A DNA stretch of 39,529 nt from a virus (Duplodnaviria; Caudoviricetes). A program made the position numbers and the translations under genes. The notes beneath the pieces are model-generated. The model made no database searches. It was not told where the DNA came from and saw only the letters and a program-made list of their open reading frames with translations. The DNA is taken from IMG/VR virus record IMGVR_UViG_3300017774_004628, positions 1 through 39,529 of that record; one strand, written 5' to 3'. Positions 10,704 to 19,958 of this stretch are shown here, piece after piece. Position 1 is the stretch's first letter. Each line of letters opens with the position of its first letter.

Positions 10704-11473
10704 AGATATTAATAACAGGGGGAGATGGATATATTGCTAAATGTTTATATAAATCGTTATGCGATAAATATCATGTGACTTCCATATCAAGAAAAGATTT
10801 AGATCTAACTAATGGAAAATCCGTAATCGAATGGTTCTCAGATAAAACTTTTGACGTGGTTATACACTGCGCGGTCAAAGGCGGTAGTAGACTTAAAAAA
10901 GAAACATACGAGATTGCAGATGATAATTTAAAAATGTATTACAATTTGTTAAGTTGTCAATCTAGATATAGTAAATTTATTCATTTTGGATCTGGTGCAG
11001 AATTATATGATGTAGATAGTCCGTATGGCTTAAGTAAGCATGTGATAAGAAAATCAATTTTAGAGAAAAATAATTTTTTCAATCTTAGGATATTCGCGGT
11101 ATTCAATGAAGATGAATTAAATACTCGATTTATTAAATCAAATATTAAAAGGTATATAGATAAAGAACCTATTCAAATCCATCAAGATAAGTATATGGAT
11201 TTCATTTACATGCCAGATCTAATTAAAATCGTAGAAACATATATTAAATTCGATAATTTACCTAAAGAAATCGATTGTGTATATAATAAAACATGCTCTT
11301 TATCTAGAATAGCTCAAATTATAAATGATCTAGAAGAATATAAAGTAGAAGTAAAAATTGGTCAAGGAGAAGGAAAAGTATATAAAGGATCCGGTATTCC
11401 TCTTCTCATCGATTTTATAGGATTGAAAAAAGGTATAAAACAAGTTTACGAAAAACTAAAAAATGATAAATAG
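10700..11473 (+). CDS. NAD-dependent epimerase/reductase (SDR)
   Basis: TGGDGYIA, VIHCA, GSGAE, YGLSK. Confidence 0.8.
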   Translation: MKILITGGDGYIAKCLYKSLCDKYHVTSISRKDLDLTNGKSVIEWFSDKTFDVVIHCAVKGGSRLKKETYEIADDNLKMYYNLLSCQSRYSKFIHFGSGAELYDVDSPYGLSKHVIRKSILEKNNFFNLRIFAVFNEDELNTRFIKSNIKRYIDKEPIQIHQDKYMDFIYMPDLIKIVETYIKFDNLPKEIDCVYNKTCSLSRIAQIINDLEEYKVEVKIGQGEGKVYKGSGIPLLIDFIGLKKGIKQVYEKLKNDK

Positions 11474-12743
11474 TAAAATAACATTCGCAACTAATGTAGG
11501 ACCTAACACATTAGAACATACTAAATTGCTTTTACAATCGTTAAAAGAAAATTTACATGATAAAGAACATGAAATATTAGTTTTTATAGATAATGATAAT
11601 GATAATACGACTGAATATCTTAGATCAATAAAAAAAGATTTTTTTGATTTAAAAATTATTACTCATAAAGTAAAACCAATAATTGGTTATTCAAGGAATT
11701 GTAACTTAATAGTCGATATTGCTAAACATGATATAGTAAGTTATCTTCAAACAGATATGGTAATTTCTAAAAATTATGATATTGAAATATTAAAAGATTT
11801 AGAAGATAATTGCATACTTAGCTCTACTAGAATAGAGCCGCCTTTACATGGAGCATCAGATAAAACTTTTACTGTTGATTTTGGTATAACTCCGGAATCT
11901 TTTAGATACGATGAGTTTTTATCTTTTGCTGAAACATTAAAATCAAATAAGTGTATAGAGTATTTTTTCGCGCCGTACACTTTTCATAAATCTACGTGGC
12001 AAAAACTAGGAGGATACAATACATTATTCAGAAGATCTAGAGAGGACTCTGATTTTGTTCAAAGGTGTTTACATGCAGGAATAAAATTAAAACAGACATA
12101 TGCTGCAAACGTATATCATTTCACGTGCGTATCATCAAGAGGAAAAAATTGGTTTGATCAATCGAATCAAGAAGCGCAAGACCGAGTTCAATTACAAAAT
12201 TCTGCGGATCAAATAGAGATTAGACGATTCTTTAAAAAATGGGGAACATTTAATCACGGAGAAAATATAATCAAGAAATATGATTGCGATTTAGTTATAA
12301 AAAAATCTGACAATCAATTAAACTTAGCTTATCAATTAGAACCATTTTTTACAAGGGTTTTCGTAGAATCTCAAGATTGTGTAGATCAATTACTCGAAGC
12401 ACATAAGAATCAACACGAACCAGCAAATAGACTTCTAAATTTTACAGAACAAGATTGGCAAGAATCAAGTAAGTACTATAATCAAATAGACTATTCTAAA
12501 ATTTATTTTGTTGGAGAACCTGAAAATTATAATGCTAAAATAGTTGTAGATTTGGATAGCACAGAATATAATTTTCTCACTCAAGAAACTCTATTAATTC
12601 TGTCTCATTTAATTGAACAAACAGAACCCGGAGATTATCAATCTGGAAATTGTATATTTAGCTTAAAACAAAAAGTAGATATCACGCCACCAGTTAAAGT
12701 AGAAAATCCTCCATTCGATATGACTTTATTGACCATAGAATAA
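11463..12743 (+). CDS. GT2-family glycosyltransferase
   Basis: FIDNDNDNT, YLQTDM, LGGY...EDSD, YHF. Confidence 0.75.
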   Translation: MINSKITFATNVGPNTLEHTKLLLQSLKENLHDKEHEILVFIDNDNDNTTEYLRSIKKDFFDLKIITHKVKPIIGYSRNCNLIVDIAKHDIVSYLQTDMVISKNYDIEILKDLEDNCILSSTRIEPPLHGASDKTFTVDFGITPESFRYDEFLSFAETLKSNKCIEYFFAPYTFHKSTWQKLGGYNTLFRRSREDSDFVQRCLHAGIKLKQTYAANVYHFTCVSSRGKNWFDQSNQEAQDRVQLQNSADQIEIRRFFKKWGTFNHGENIIKKYDCDLVIKKSDNQLNLAYQLEPFFTRVFVESQDCVDQLLEAHKNQHEPANRLLNFTEQDWQESSKYYNQIDYSKIYFVGEPENYNAKIVVDLDSTEYNFLTQETLLILSHLIEQTEPGDYQSGNCIFSLKQKVDITPPVKVENPPFDMTLLTIE

Positions 12744-12764
12744 TATTTATATAAAACAAAATAA

Positions 12765-13070
12765 ATGGAAGCAGTAAAACCCAAAGCTCACGTAACTATA
12801 GATGGTAAAAAATTAGGATTACTTTTTGATGTTAACTCAAATCCTACTAAAAAAGGTGTTAAGCTGCATTTTATTCTCGAAGAGAAATTCCAAGATCCAA
12901 GAGACAAACAGGCTTTAGCTTCAAAAATATCTACAGCATTGCAAAAAAAATTCGGAGAAGCAGGTATAGTTATTGACTATGACGAAAGATCTCCTTATGA
13001 AAACGCTATATCGTATATAGTTCCATTGCAATCAATATCTGAGTTGTTAATAAAAGCATTAAAAAATTAA
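12765..13070 (+). CDS. Hypothetical protein
   Basis: 101-aa ORF preceded by TATTTAT (12744) and an A-rich leader. Confidence 0.7.
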   Translation: MEAVKPKAHVTIDGKKLGLLFDVNSNPTKKGVKLHFILEEKFQDPRDKQALASKISTALQKKFGEAGIVIDYDERSPYENAISYIVPLQSISELLIKALKN

Positions 13071-13085
13071 AGATATAAAAAAGTT

Positions 13086-13430
13086 ATGGCGAAAAGAAAA
13101 ACTATACGCGCTATATTCGAAAACGTAGATAGCTTAACTCCAGAAGATATATCAAAATCTCAACAGTTAAAAGAATTGTTGATGTCTCAAGTGCCAATCA
13201 GTGTTTACGAGTCTCACTCTGCAAGAAAACAATACGCAACCATATTCGAGATAAATTCTACAGATCATTATATAGAAATTCCAAAAAGAGATTGGGTGTC
13301 AGCTTTAGAAACATGTATCATGTGGTTTTTAGAAATTGAACAGTACGAAAAGTGTACGAAACTAAAACAAATCATCGACGAGATTCAGAAAAAATCAAGT
13401 AAAAAACTAAACGTTAAATCTGATGAGTAA
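13086..13430 (+). CDS. Hypothetical protein with a C-terminal EQYEKC helical (UvrB/C-like) motif
   Basis: AAAGTTATG leader; ends WFLEIEQYEKCTKLK. Confidence 0.65.
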   Translation: MAKRKTIRAIFENVDSLTPEDISKSQQLKELLMSQVPISVYESHSARKQYATIFEINSTDHYIEIPKRDWVSALETCIMWFLEIEQYEKCTKLKQIIDEIQKKSSKKLNVKSDE

Positions 13431-13824
13431 CGAATACAAGAATGTGCAAATAGCAGTAGATAGCATGTTGAATATCAAATCGTCTGTAAGAAGAAAAAGA
13501 AAGACTGAGCAAAATAAAAAGAAAGAGATATTCATACAAATGATAAATGGCATAGAGCATGCAATAATAAGATCTCACATAGCGTTTACAGATTTCGGTA
13601 TAGATTATTCAGTATACGATGATACATTTATGACAGTAATAGATTCATTAATATACATGCACTTTGGAAAAGACGCCGCGGAACTAATATCCTACTACCT
13701 TTGGGATCGTGTTAATCCAGATGGATCAATAAATCCAGTAATGGATGAAGATGATAACGAAATACACCTTAAAGACACAGAACAACTTTGGGAATTAGTA
13801 TGCAAGTTGAATCCAAAAATATAA
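13423..13824 (+). CDS. Hypothetical protein
   Basis: 133-aa ORF overlapping the upstream stop. Confidence 0.7.
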   Translation: MSNEYKNVQIAVDSMLNIKSSVRRKRKTEQNKKKEIFIQMINGIEHAIIRSHIAFTDFGIDYSVYDDTFMTVIDSLIYMHFGKDAAELISYYLWDRVNPDGSINPVMDEDDNEIHLKDTEQLWELVCKLNPKI

Positions 13825-13829
13825 TGTAG

Positions 13830-14528
13830 ATGGACAAAAAACCATTTAAATACGACGGTTACGCTTTCACAGAAGAAGACATACGCCAAGCGATGTCAAA
13901 AACCAGAAGCAATGCAGAAGCAGCAAGACATTTACAAGTCAGTGTAACGACATATCAAAAATATGCTAAGAAATACACAGACGCGCTGACAGGCAAGACT
14001 TTATGGCATTTACATATGAATATATCTTCCAAAGGAATTCCAAAGAAATGGAACACGGGTGAGCTAAAGGGAGATCTAGATAAGATGCTTACAGAAAGGC
14101 AGCTCAACAATCCAAAACGACTTGGAATGTTGAAGTCGCTATTAATGAAAGATGGTCGATTAGGATATTGCTGCTCAGCGTGCGGACACTCAGAACGCAG
14201 ACTCACTGATATGAAGCAACCACTAATGTTGGCATTTAAAAATGGAGTGCGAACTGATTGGAGATTAGAAAATCTCAAGTGGCTTTGCTACAACTGCTCA
14301 TTTATATTAGGACTTGATTATTTCTCAAATAGAATGATTCGCGATATGGAATCTTTCACATCTCATACAGATGAAGCCCAGAAAGAAGTGCAGAGCTTCT
14401 ACGCTCTTGACGAATTTTATATGCAACACTTATCAAAGCTAGGCCTGGACGGAGTTGGAGACGTTATAGATAAACCACAAACTCCCGAACCTCTCGAAGA
14501 TGGTGAGGAATTTATAGATCGAGTGTAA
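13830..14528 (+). CDS. HTH + degenerate HNH/Zn-finger protein
   Basis: SNAEAARHLQVSVTTY (HTH); CSAC...FKNGVRTDWRLENLKWLCYNC is HNH-like but lacks the catalytic His. Confidence 0.7.
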   Translation: MDKKPFKYDGYAFTEEDIRQAMSKTRSNAEAARHLQVSVTTYQKYAKKYTDALTGKTLWHLHMNISSKGIPKKWNTGELKGDLDKMLTERQLNNPKRLGMLKSLLMKDGRLGYCCSACGHSERRLTDMKQPLMLAFKNGVRTDWRLENLKWLCYNCSFILGLDYFSNRMIRDMESFTSHTDEAQKEVQSFYALDEFYMQHLSKLGLDGVGDVIDKPQTPEPLEDGEEFIDRV

Positions 14529-14532
14529 ATTT

Positions 14533-14657
14533 CCAACGAGTTACATATATACAATACAAATATATGTAAATGATTCATTACCAACCACATACAACTTATT
14601 GATTTCCAAACAACTACATATTAGGTTTAAAAATATATGTAAGTGATTGATTCTCCC
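14533..14657. promoter_or_regulatory. Cluster of degenerate palindromic sites (TAAC-N3-TTG-N5-CAA-N3-GTTA)
   Basis: Sites or half-sites at 14533, 14567, 14592 and 14633; perfect inverted repeat TTACATATAT-N9-ATATATGTAA at 14541-14569. Confidence 0.55.
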
Positions 14658-14769
14658 TGATATTTTTTTGAAAATAATTGCTAAAAAATTTTTTTATAAG
14701 CAGGAAAGTAGTACTTTTACCCTAATCGACCAATATCGGTCAGCATATAATAAAAAAAATTAATAAGTT
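14631..14769 (+). promoter_or_regulatory. Repeated promoter module, copy 1
   Basis: TTCTCCCTGA...TTGCTAAA...TTTTTTAT...GTACTTTTAC shared with copies 2 and 3. Confidence 0.75.
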
Positions 14770-15000
14770 ATGGCAATTAAAAAGAAAAAAGAACGTTACG
14801 GAAAAATGGTAATTGATTTGACAGGACCTGATGGTAACGCATTCGCGTTATTGGGTTATGCAAGCAGATTAGGAAAGCAACTTGAATTAAGTAAAGAGCA
14901 ACAAGAAAAGATTCGTATTGAAATGATGAGTAGTGATTACGAGAATTTGATCAAAGTATTCGATCAGAATTTCGGAGACTACGTCGATTTAGAAAGATAA
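14770..15000 (+). CDS. Small conserved phage protein (GPDGNAF motif)
   Basis: AAGTTATG leader; IDLTGPDGNAFALLG. Confidence 0.75.
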   Translation: MAIKKKKERYGKMVIDLTGPDGNAFALLGYASRLGKQLELSKEQQEKIRIEMMSSDYENLIKVFDQNFGDYVDLER

Positions 15001-15042
15001 TTAATTAAACTAAAAAATAAAACTAAAATTAAAACAAAAGTT

Positions 15043-16179
15043 ATGGCACTATCTAAAAAAAGCTTATTGCAAGCAAAACAAGTATTATCAGAAATTTTCG
15101 CATCAGGAGTTGATGTTATTGTTACACGCGCTACACTCGATAAAAAAATTGAGTTAGTTAAGTTCCCTTATTTAAAGCCGTCTCATGATAGGCAGAGACA
15201 AAATAGAACACTATATGTAAGTCAACAGTATGATCCTATTCGTTATTGGATGATTAATAATGGATTTTTGTCTTTTAGTAAAGACAATCGAAGTCGATAC
15301 AACTATAAAGTTAATAGAGATAAAATACAATTATTAATAATATCGAGCAATCCTGAATCTTATTCTAACAATATTAAAAACCCCAATCCTCCAATTATGA
15401 CAAAAAGAGAAAAAATATTCAGACACATTGAAGACAATGGAAATGCAATGCGTTATACTGATATTATTAAATTTGCTTACGAATTGAGTTATGGTAAGGG
15501 TTCATTCGACAAGAAAGAAAATCGAGGCTATTATTCTTCTGCATTCTCTTATCACTCTTATTTTAGTTGGTTATCAGGCGCTAAATACAAAAAAGTTGGT
15601 GCACCAAAAGGTCACTTCGTAATTCCTACAAGAAATGGCAACTTAGTAAAATTGCCAACTGGAAGTTGGAGTGTTGTACGTCCTTCTAATTACATACGTA
15701 AAACATACGATACAATATTAGTGCCTGATGTTTCAAATAATACACCAGAAACATGTTTACCTAAAGAAGAATATAATGACATGTGTTACACACTAAAAAA
15801 ATATAAGATTATGCCGTATGAATTAGATCAGCTTGCTACTAAATATTGGTCAGAAAAACAATGTGACGTAGACTCAGCATATCATTACGCATATTACGAT
15901 CTTCTAGAAAAAGGCGGTGCTATATCAGATGCGACTAAAGATCTACAAAAAGAAATAGATGCATTGGCTGATAGCATGATTGCTGAAGATAAAAAAGAAG
16001 TAAAATATCAGAAATATACAGTTATATCTAGATCAGATAACTATTATGAAGGAATATTCACAGCGTCTGAATTAGAAACATTTTTTACTGAAAATGATCC
16101 AGAAGAATATATGATAATTGAAGCTGGTAATATGGTAACTCTTGAAAAGAAAGTAACAACAACATTCACAATAAAATAA
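15043..16179 (+). CDS. Hypothetical protein (possible fusion; internal start at 15397)
   Basis: 378-aa ORF with an AAAGTTATG leader. Confidence 0.75.
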   Translation: MALSKKSLLQAKQVLSEIFASGVDVIVTRATLDKKIELVKFPYLKPSHDRQRQNRTLYVSQQYDPIRYWMINNGFLSFSKDNRSRYNYKVNRDKIQLLIISSNPESYSNNIKNPNPPIMTKREKIFRHIEDNGNAMRYTDIIKFAYELSYGKGSFDKKENRGYYSSAFSYHSYFSWLSGAKYKKVGAPKGHFVIPTRNGNLVKLPTGSWSVVRPSNYIRKTYDTILVPDVSNNTPETCLPKEEYNDMCYTLKKYKIMPYELDQLATKYWSEKQCDVDSAYHYAYYDLLEKGGAISDATKDLQKEIDALADSMIAEDKKEVKYQKYTVISRSDNYYEGIFTASELETFFTENDPEEYMIIEAGNMVTLEKKVTTTFTIK

Positions 16180-16186
16180 TTTAATT

Positions 16187-16366
16187 ATGAAAAAGAATAA
16201 TAAAACATCAACAGTAATATCTTTTACAAACGACTTTAATGAGTGGTGCAGACAGTTTAATTTTGGATTTATGACGCCTCGACCCGATCAAAAACGAATC
16301 CACATACCAGGAGAATTTGATTCTTTAAAATTTAAAAAAATAGTAGAAAAAAAGAAATTTGCATAA
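16187..16366 (+). CDS. Small hypothetical protein (59 aa, not in the ORF track)
   Basis: MKKNNKTSTVISFTNDFNEWCRQF...KKFA* fills the gap between its neighbours. Confidence 0.55.
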   Translation: MKKNNKTSTVISFTNDFNEWCRQFNFGFMTPRPDQKRIHIPGEFDSLKFKKIVEKKKFA

Positions 16367-16367
16367 A

Positions 16368-16766
16368 ATGAAAATAAAATTAAATCATCACACAGCCGGA
16401 AAGATTTTGGATTGGTGCATAGAAAAATATGGACCAAGTAAAATAAATGGCAATAGATTATATATGCAATATAGAAAGCCAACTCATGATCAAGAAGGGT
16501 TGGCTGGATATTACGACAAGGATGATGATCTAATATACGTAAACAAAGATCTCAATACATCTCTAAAAGAGTTGACTAAGACTATCATCCACGAGTATAC
16601 TCATTATAGGTGTCATAATATGAATCATTACCACATATTAGCAAAATACGTAGATTACGATTATAATCCTATGGAAATAGAAGCTGAGCGAATAGAAAAT
16701 AGAGACTATAAAGAGTGCGTGACATATATAAAAAAAACATGTCAAAAAAACAAATCAACCGAATAA
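16368..16766 (+). CDS. Zincin-like metallopeptidase domain protein
   Basis: AGYY...IYVN...TIIHEYTH...NPMEIEA; ATG 16368 preferred over TTG 16359. Confidence 0.7.
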   Translation: MKIKLNHHTAGKILDWCIEKYGPSKINGNRLYMQYRKPTHDQEGLAGYYDKDDDLIYVNKDLNTSLKELTKTIIHEYTHYRCHNMNHYHILAKYVDYDYNPMEIEAERIENRDYKECVTYIKKTCQKNKSTE

Positions 16767-16796
16767 ACAAGTATTTATAATTAGAAAAATAAAAGG

Positions 16797-17009
16797 GTGG
16801 TATTACAACAAAAGATAGATAAATTAGCAGAGTTAACAGTGCCTGATAAAGTTCATCCATTGTTACATGTAAATTGTCAGACCGCTTGGACAAATGCAGT
16901 TATAGATCTAATAAAGACAAAAACAATAAAAGCAGATTATCAGTCATTGATGTTATTAGCTAAAAATTGGGAATACGTTTTGTATAAAACATATAGCAAT
17001 TTAAATTAA
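16797..17009 (+). CDS. Hypothetical protein
   Basis: GTG start after TATTTAT (16772). Confidence 0.55.
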   Translation: MVLQQKIDKLAELTVPDKVHPLLHVNCQTAWTNAVIDLIKTKTIKADYQSLMLLAKNWEYVLYKTYSNLN

Positions 17010-17015
17010 TAGAGA

Positions 17016-17330
17016 ATGCATTTTTTACAAGCGCCTGTCGGCCAAATTTCAGAAATATTATTGCAGTATGGAATATTAGGAATATTAGCTCTCGTACTTG
17101 GCTATTTTGCATGGCATACATACAAACAAATAGCTAAAAAAAATGATGAAGAGTATAGTAGATTATTAGAAAGAAACGAAAGACTAGAGCATGAGGTCGA
17201 AAGTCTAAGACAAGACATGATGAAGCTTATAGTAGAAGAAAGAGATCGTATGGCAAACTTAGTTAAAGCAAATACTGAAGCATTAAATGAATTACGCAGA
17301 ACAATTACAGAATTCATAATTCGCTCATAA
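17016..17330 (+). CDS. Single-TM + coiled-coil protein, holin-like (BhlA/UviB-like architecture)
   Basis: LLQYGILGILALVLGYFAW TM segment followed by a charged coiled coil. Confidence 0.55.
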   Translation: MHFLQAPVGQISEILLQYGILGILALVLGYFAWHTYKQIAKKNDEEYSRLLERNERLEHEVESLRQDMMKLIVEERDRMANLVKANTEALNELRRTITEFIIRS

Positions 17331-17609
17331 GTGACAAACAAGTCTACCATATTAAATAAATTGGCAGACAAGTTACTTAAATCAAAAGATTTATCTGATC
17401 AATTCAATTCGTCTAGAGAAAAATCCAATAGAATAAAAAAGCTTCACGAGAGTTTAACTGAGAAGTACAAGTTTAATATCGGCCGAGGATATTCAAACAC
17501 AGATGTAGAAAACGATATAAACTTTCTAAAAAAATCAGAAAAGAAATTAACACTTTCAGATAATGAAAACAGAAAATTAGATTCGTTATTTTTCAAGTAT
17601 CGCATTTAA
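17331..17609 (+). CDS. Hypothetical protein
   Basis: GTG start abutting the upstream stop. Confidence 0.6.
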   Translation: MTNKSTILNKLADKLLKSKDLSDQFNSSREKSNRIKKLHESLTEKYKFNIGRGYSNTDVENDINFLKKSEKKLTLSDNENRKLDSLFFKYRI

Positions 17610-17686
17610 GTTGATCTTAGCATATTTATATAAGATTAAAAACGGTTAACTGATTAACCAATTAATAACAAAAAAAATAAAAACAA

Positions 17687-17866
17687 ATGAACAAAGAACA
17701 AATTTTAGGAATTATCCGTCACGCTTTAACTTTCGTTGGTGGTATCTTCATCATCAAAGGAATGTCTACTGAAGCTGTAACTCAAGAGACAATCGGAGCA
17801 ATCATGACAGCAGTTGGTGCTGTATGGTCTTTCGTAAAAAACAAATCAACAACTAAAGCAGCTTAA
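17687..17866 (+). CDS. Two-TM putative holin (59 aa, Pam3-gp28-like; not in the ORF track)
   Basis: MNKEQILGIIRHALTFVGGIFIIKG...TIGAIMTAVGAVWSFVKNK; biased codons; TATTTAT upstream and a terminator downstream. Confidence 0.7.
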   Translation: MNKEQILGIIRHALTFVGGIFIIKGMSTEAVTQETIGAIMTAVGAVWSFVKNKSTTKAA

Positions 17867-17887
17867 TTTAATATCTATCTATTTGGT

Positions 17888-17917
17888 AAGGGCCCCCTAC
17901 ATGGGGGCCTTTCTATT
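17888..17917 (+). terminator. Intrinsic terminator
   Basis: GGCCCCC-TACAT-GGGGGCC followed by TTTCTATT. Confidence 0.7.
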
Positions 17918-17950
17918 GGGAATCAATTAGTTAAGGGTATTAATAAAAAG

Positions 17951-18088
17951 TATATACATAAAGCGTTGGTTCTCCCTGAAGTATTTTTAAAATAGTTGCT
18001 AAATTATTTTTTTATGTCAACAGTACGCGGTACTTTTACCCTGTTCTCGACAATAAAGCCATCAAATTATAAAAAAAAATAATAAGTT
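17951..18088 (+). promoter_or_regulatory. Repeated promoter module, copy 2
   Basis: TAAAGCGTTGGTTCTCCCTGAAGTATTTTTAAAATAGTTGCTAAATTATTTTTTTATGT matches copy 3 apart from one A indel; TACTTTTAC at 18031. Confidence 0.8.
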
Positions 18089-18871
18089 ATGACAAAATTA
18101 AACTACAAAAATGCTGCTCAAGCTAAACGCGAAACTGGACTTTCTTACATTGGTGCTACCAATTCAAGTGCTAAGATCTTAAAAAACGAAAAGTACAACG
18201 AGCTTACTTACATCATCTATCTGGCACCTGCCAACCTGAGTGGATACGAAGTGTGTCCTAAACGTACAGAAGAATGTACACATGCATGTTTATTTGGCAG
18301 CGGCCAAGTTATCATGGATAAAACGAATCGTATCGTCGAATCACGTATCAAGAAGACACAGATGTTCTTTACTAACAGAGAATATTTTATGGCTTGGGTT
18401 GTAAAAGAAATAGAACAAGCAAAAGCAAAAGCTGAAAAGAAAGGTATGAAGTTCTCAGTACGTTTAAATGGTACTTCAGATTTGCAACCTACATTATTCA
18501 AGCATAATGGCAAAGTGTTATTCGATATATTTCCAGATGTTCAATTCTACGATTATACAAAAGTAGCCAATCGTTTCCATTTGCCAGATCAGTATCTAAA
18601 CTACGATCTTACATTCAGTTATTCTGGACATAATTGGGACGAATGCGAGCATATATTAAATAACGAGTATGGTCGTGTCGCAGTCGTATTTGAAAAGAGT
18701 TTACCTGAAACATACAAAGGTTATAAGGTTATCGATGGCGATGCATACGATATGCGATATGTAGACGACAAGAATGTTATCGTAGGTCTTAAATTCAAAC
18801 GAGTTAAAAACAAAGTAGAAAAAACTAACAACGCTTTCATCGTTGCGATAGACGATATTAACAGAAAATAA
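18089..18871 (+). CDS. GP88-family protein (Cys-cluster, radical-SAM-related fold suspected)
   Basis: YLAPA, CPKRTEECTHAC, VRLNGTSD, FYDYTK, LTFSYS, DGDAYDMR, GLKFK. Confidence 0.75.
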   Translation: MTKLNYKNAAQAKRETGLSYIGATNSSAKILKNEKYNELTYIIYLAPANLSGYEVCPKRTEECTHACLFGSGQVIMDKTNRIVESRIKKTQMFFTNREYFMAWVVKEIEQAKAKAEKKGMKFSVRLNGTSDLQPTLFKHNGKVLFDIFPDVQFYDYTKVANRFHLPDQYLNYDLTFSYSGHNWDECEHILNNEYGRVAVVFEKSLPETYKGYKVIDGDAYDMRYVDDKNVIVGLKFKRVKNKVEKTNNAFIVAIDDINRK

Positions 18872-18895
18872 TTAATCACAATAAAAATTAAAGTT

Positions 18896-19090
18896 ATGAA
18901 ACATCAATTTTCAATTCAAACACCAAGAGCAAAGTATCTCATCGATGAAATGGGAGACAAATTAGAAATCGTTACACAAGATCCTGAATGGACAAGAGTG
19001 CAAATTACTATTAATTCTGGATTAGACTTACTACAAGTTTACCACGCTGGTTGCAAAACTGGATTAGAAGCTGGAATGGCAATAAATTAA
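18896..19090 (+). CDS. Small hypothetical protein
   Basis: AAATTAAAGTTATG leader. Confidence 0.7.
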   Translation: MKHQFSIQTPRAKYLIDEMGDKLEIVTQDPEWTRVQITINSGLDLLQVYHAGCKTGLEAGMAIN

Positions 19091-19108
19091 TCAAAAAAAA
19101 TTAAAGTT

Positions 19109-19402
19109 ATGACACCAAGACAATTCAATGAATTACAACGTCAAGCAGACGTAATCGAACAAGCCGCGAAACAAAAAATTGTAAAAGAAGCAATGGATCT
19201 GTATATAGAGACTGTGCCTCTTGAGACAACAGATATAAATGTTGAGTCTAAGAAATGGCATCATTTATATTCTCAAGAATGTAAACTATTTGATTTGCTT
19301 CGCAAAATGAATTGGGAACAAGGCGAAGAGTATAGACATCAAGTTAGAATATACAACATCGATCATGGCATCTCGAATAAGAATCAGTGGAGTAATATAT
19401 AA
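19109..19402 (+). CDS. Hypothetical protein
   Basis: AAATTAAAGTTATG leader. Confidence 0.7.
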   Translation: MTPRQFNELQRQADVIEQAAKQKIVKEAMDLYIETVPLETTDINVESKKWHHLYSQECKLFDLLRKMNWEQGEEYRHQVRIYNIDHGISNKNQWSNI

Positions 19403-19429
19403 AATTAAATAATCAATAAAATAAAAGTT

Positions 19430-19678
19430 ATGAAAATAAAATTAGAAATGTGTAAGTGTTTTAAATGCGGTAATGATATGCCAGTACTTCGTAAAATAAA
19501 ATACGGTTATAATAATTGCATAAACTGCTCTACTGTTCAACAAGTTGGTGGAGTACAAATCGCTAATCATAAAACGGGAAACGAGATACAAATCATGCCA
19601 ATGGAATTGGCGAATAAAATGAATATACTGGCTTCAAGACAAGGTTATGGTGTTTGTTCAGGTATGAAACATAATTAA
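19430..19678 (+). CDS. C4 zinc-finger protein (DksA/TraR-like finger)
   Basis: CFKCGNDMPVLR...CINCS; paralog of 25177. Confidence 0.6.
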   Translation: MKIKLEMCKCFKCGNDMPVLRKIKYGYNNCINCSTVQQVGGVQIANHKTGNEIQIMPMELANKMNILASRQGYGVCSGMKHN

Positions 19679-19697
19679 TCAAATAAAAATAAAAGTT

Positions 19698-19958
19698 ATG
19701 AACAAGAAAGAAATTAGAAACGCTATCAACAAATCTGTGTACATTTATGCAGAATCTTTAGGTTATACTGTATCTGACGATAATGATGGATCATACGTTA
19801 CTTTTAGTAAGAGTCACTCTGATAACAACAACACTATCGACTACGGCAGATCTACACATTCTGCTTGCTGTTTGAATTGGGCAAGTCAAGAAGTTAAATC
19901 TGATACAGATAAAATAAATCAATTCGTGCAAAATCAAATTAGAATGTATGAAAAATAA
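19698..19958 (+). CDS. Hypothetical protein
   Basis: AAAATAAAAGTTATG leader. Confidence 0.7.
   Translation: MNKKEIRNAINKSVYIYAESLGYTVSDDNDGSYVTFSKSHSDNNNTIDYGRSTHSACCLNWASQEVKSDTDKINQFVQNQIRMYEK

Noticed and set aside
1-12743. Bacterial O-antigen/capsule locus or eukaryotic giant-virus origin
   Set aside because: No export or polymerase genes are seen and the cluster is contiguous with phage-type genes; ATGA/TAATG overlaps and holin-like genes point to a bacteriophage. Not formally excluded because no capsid or terminase gene is in the window
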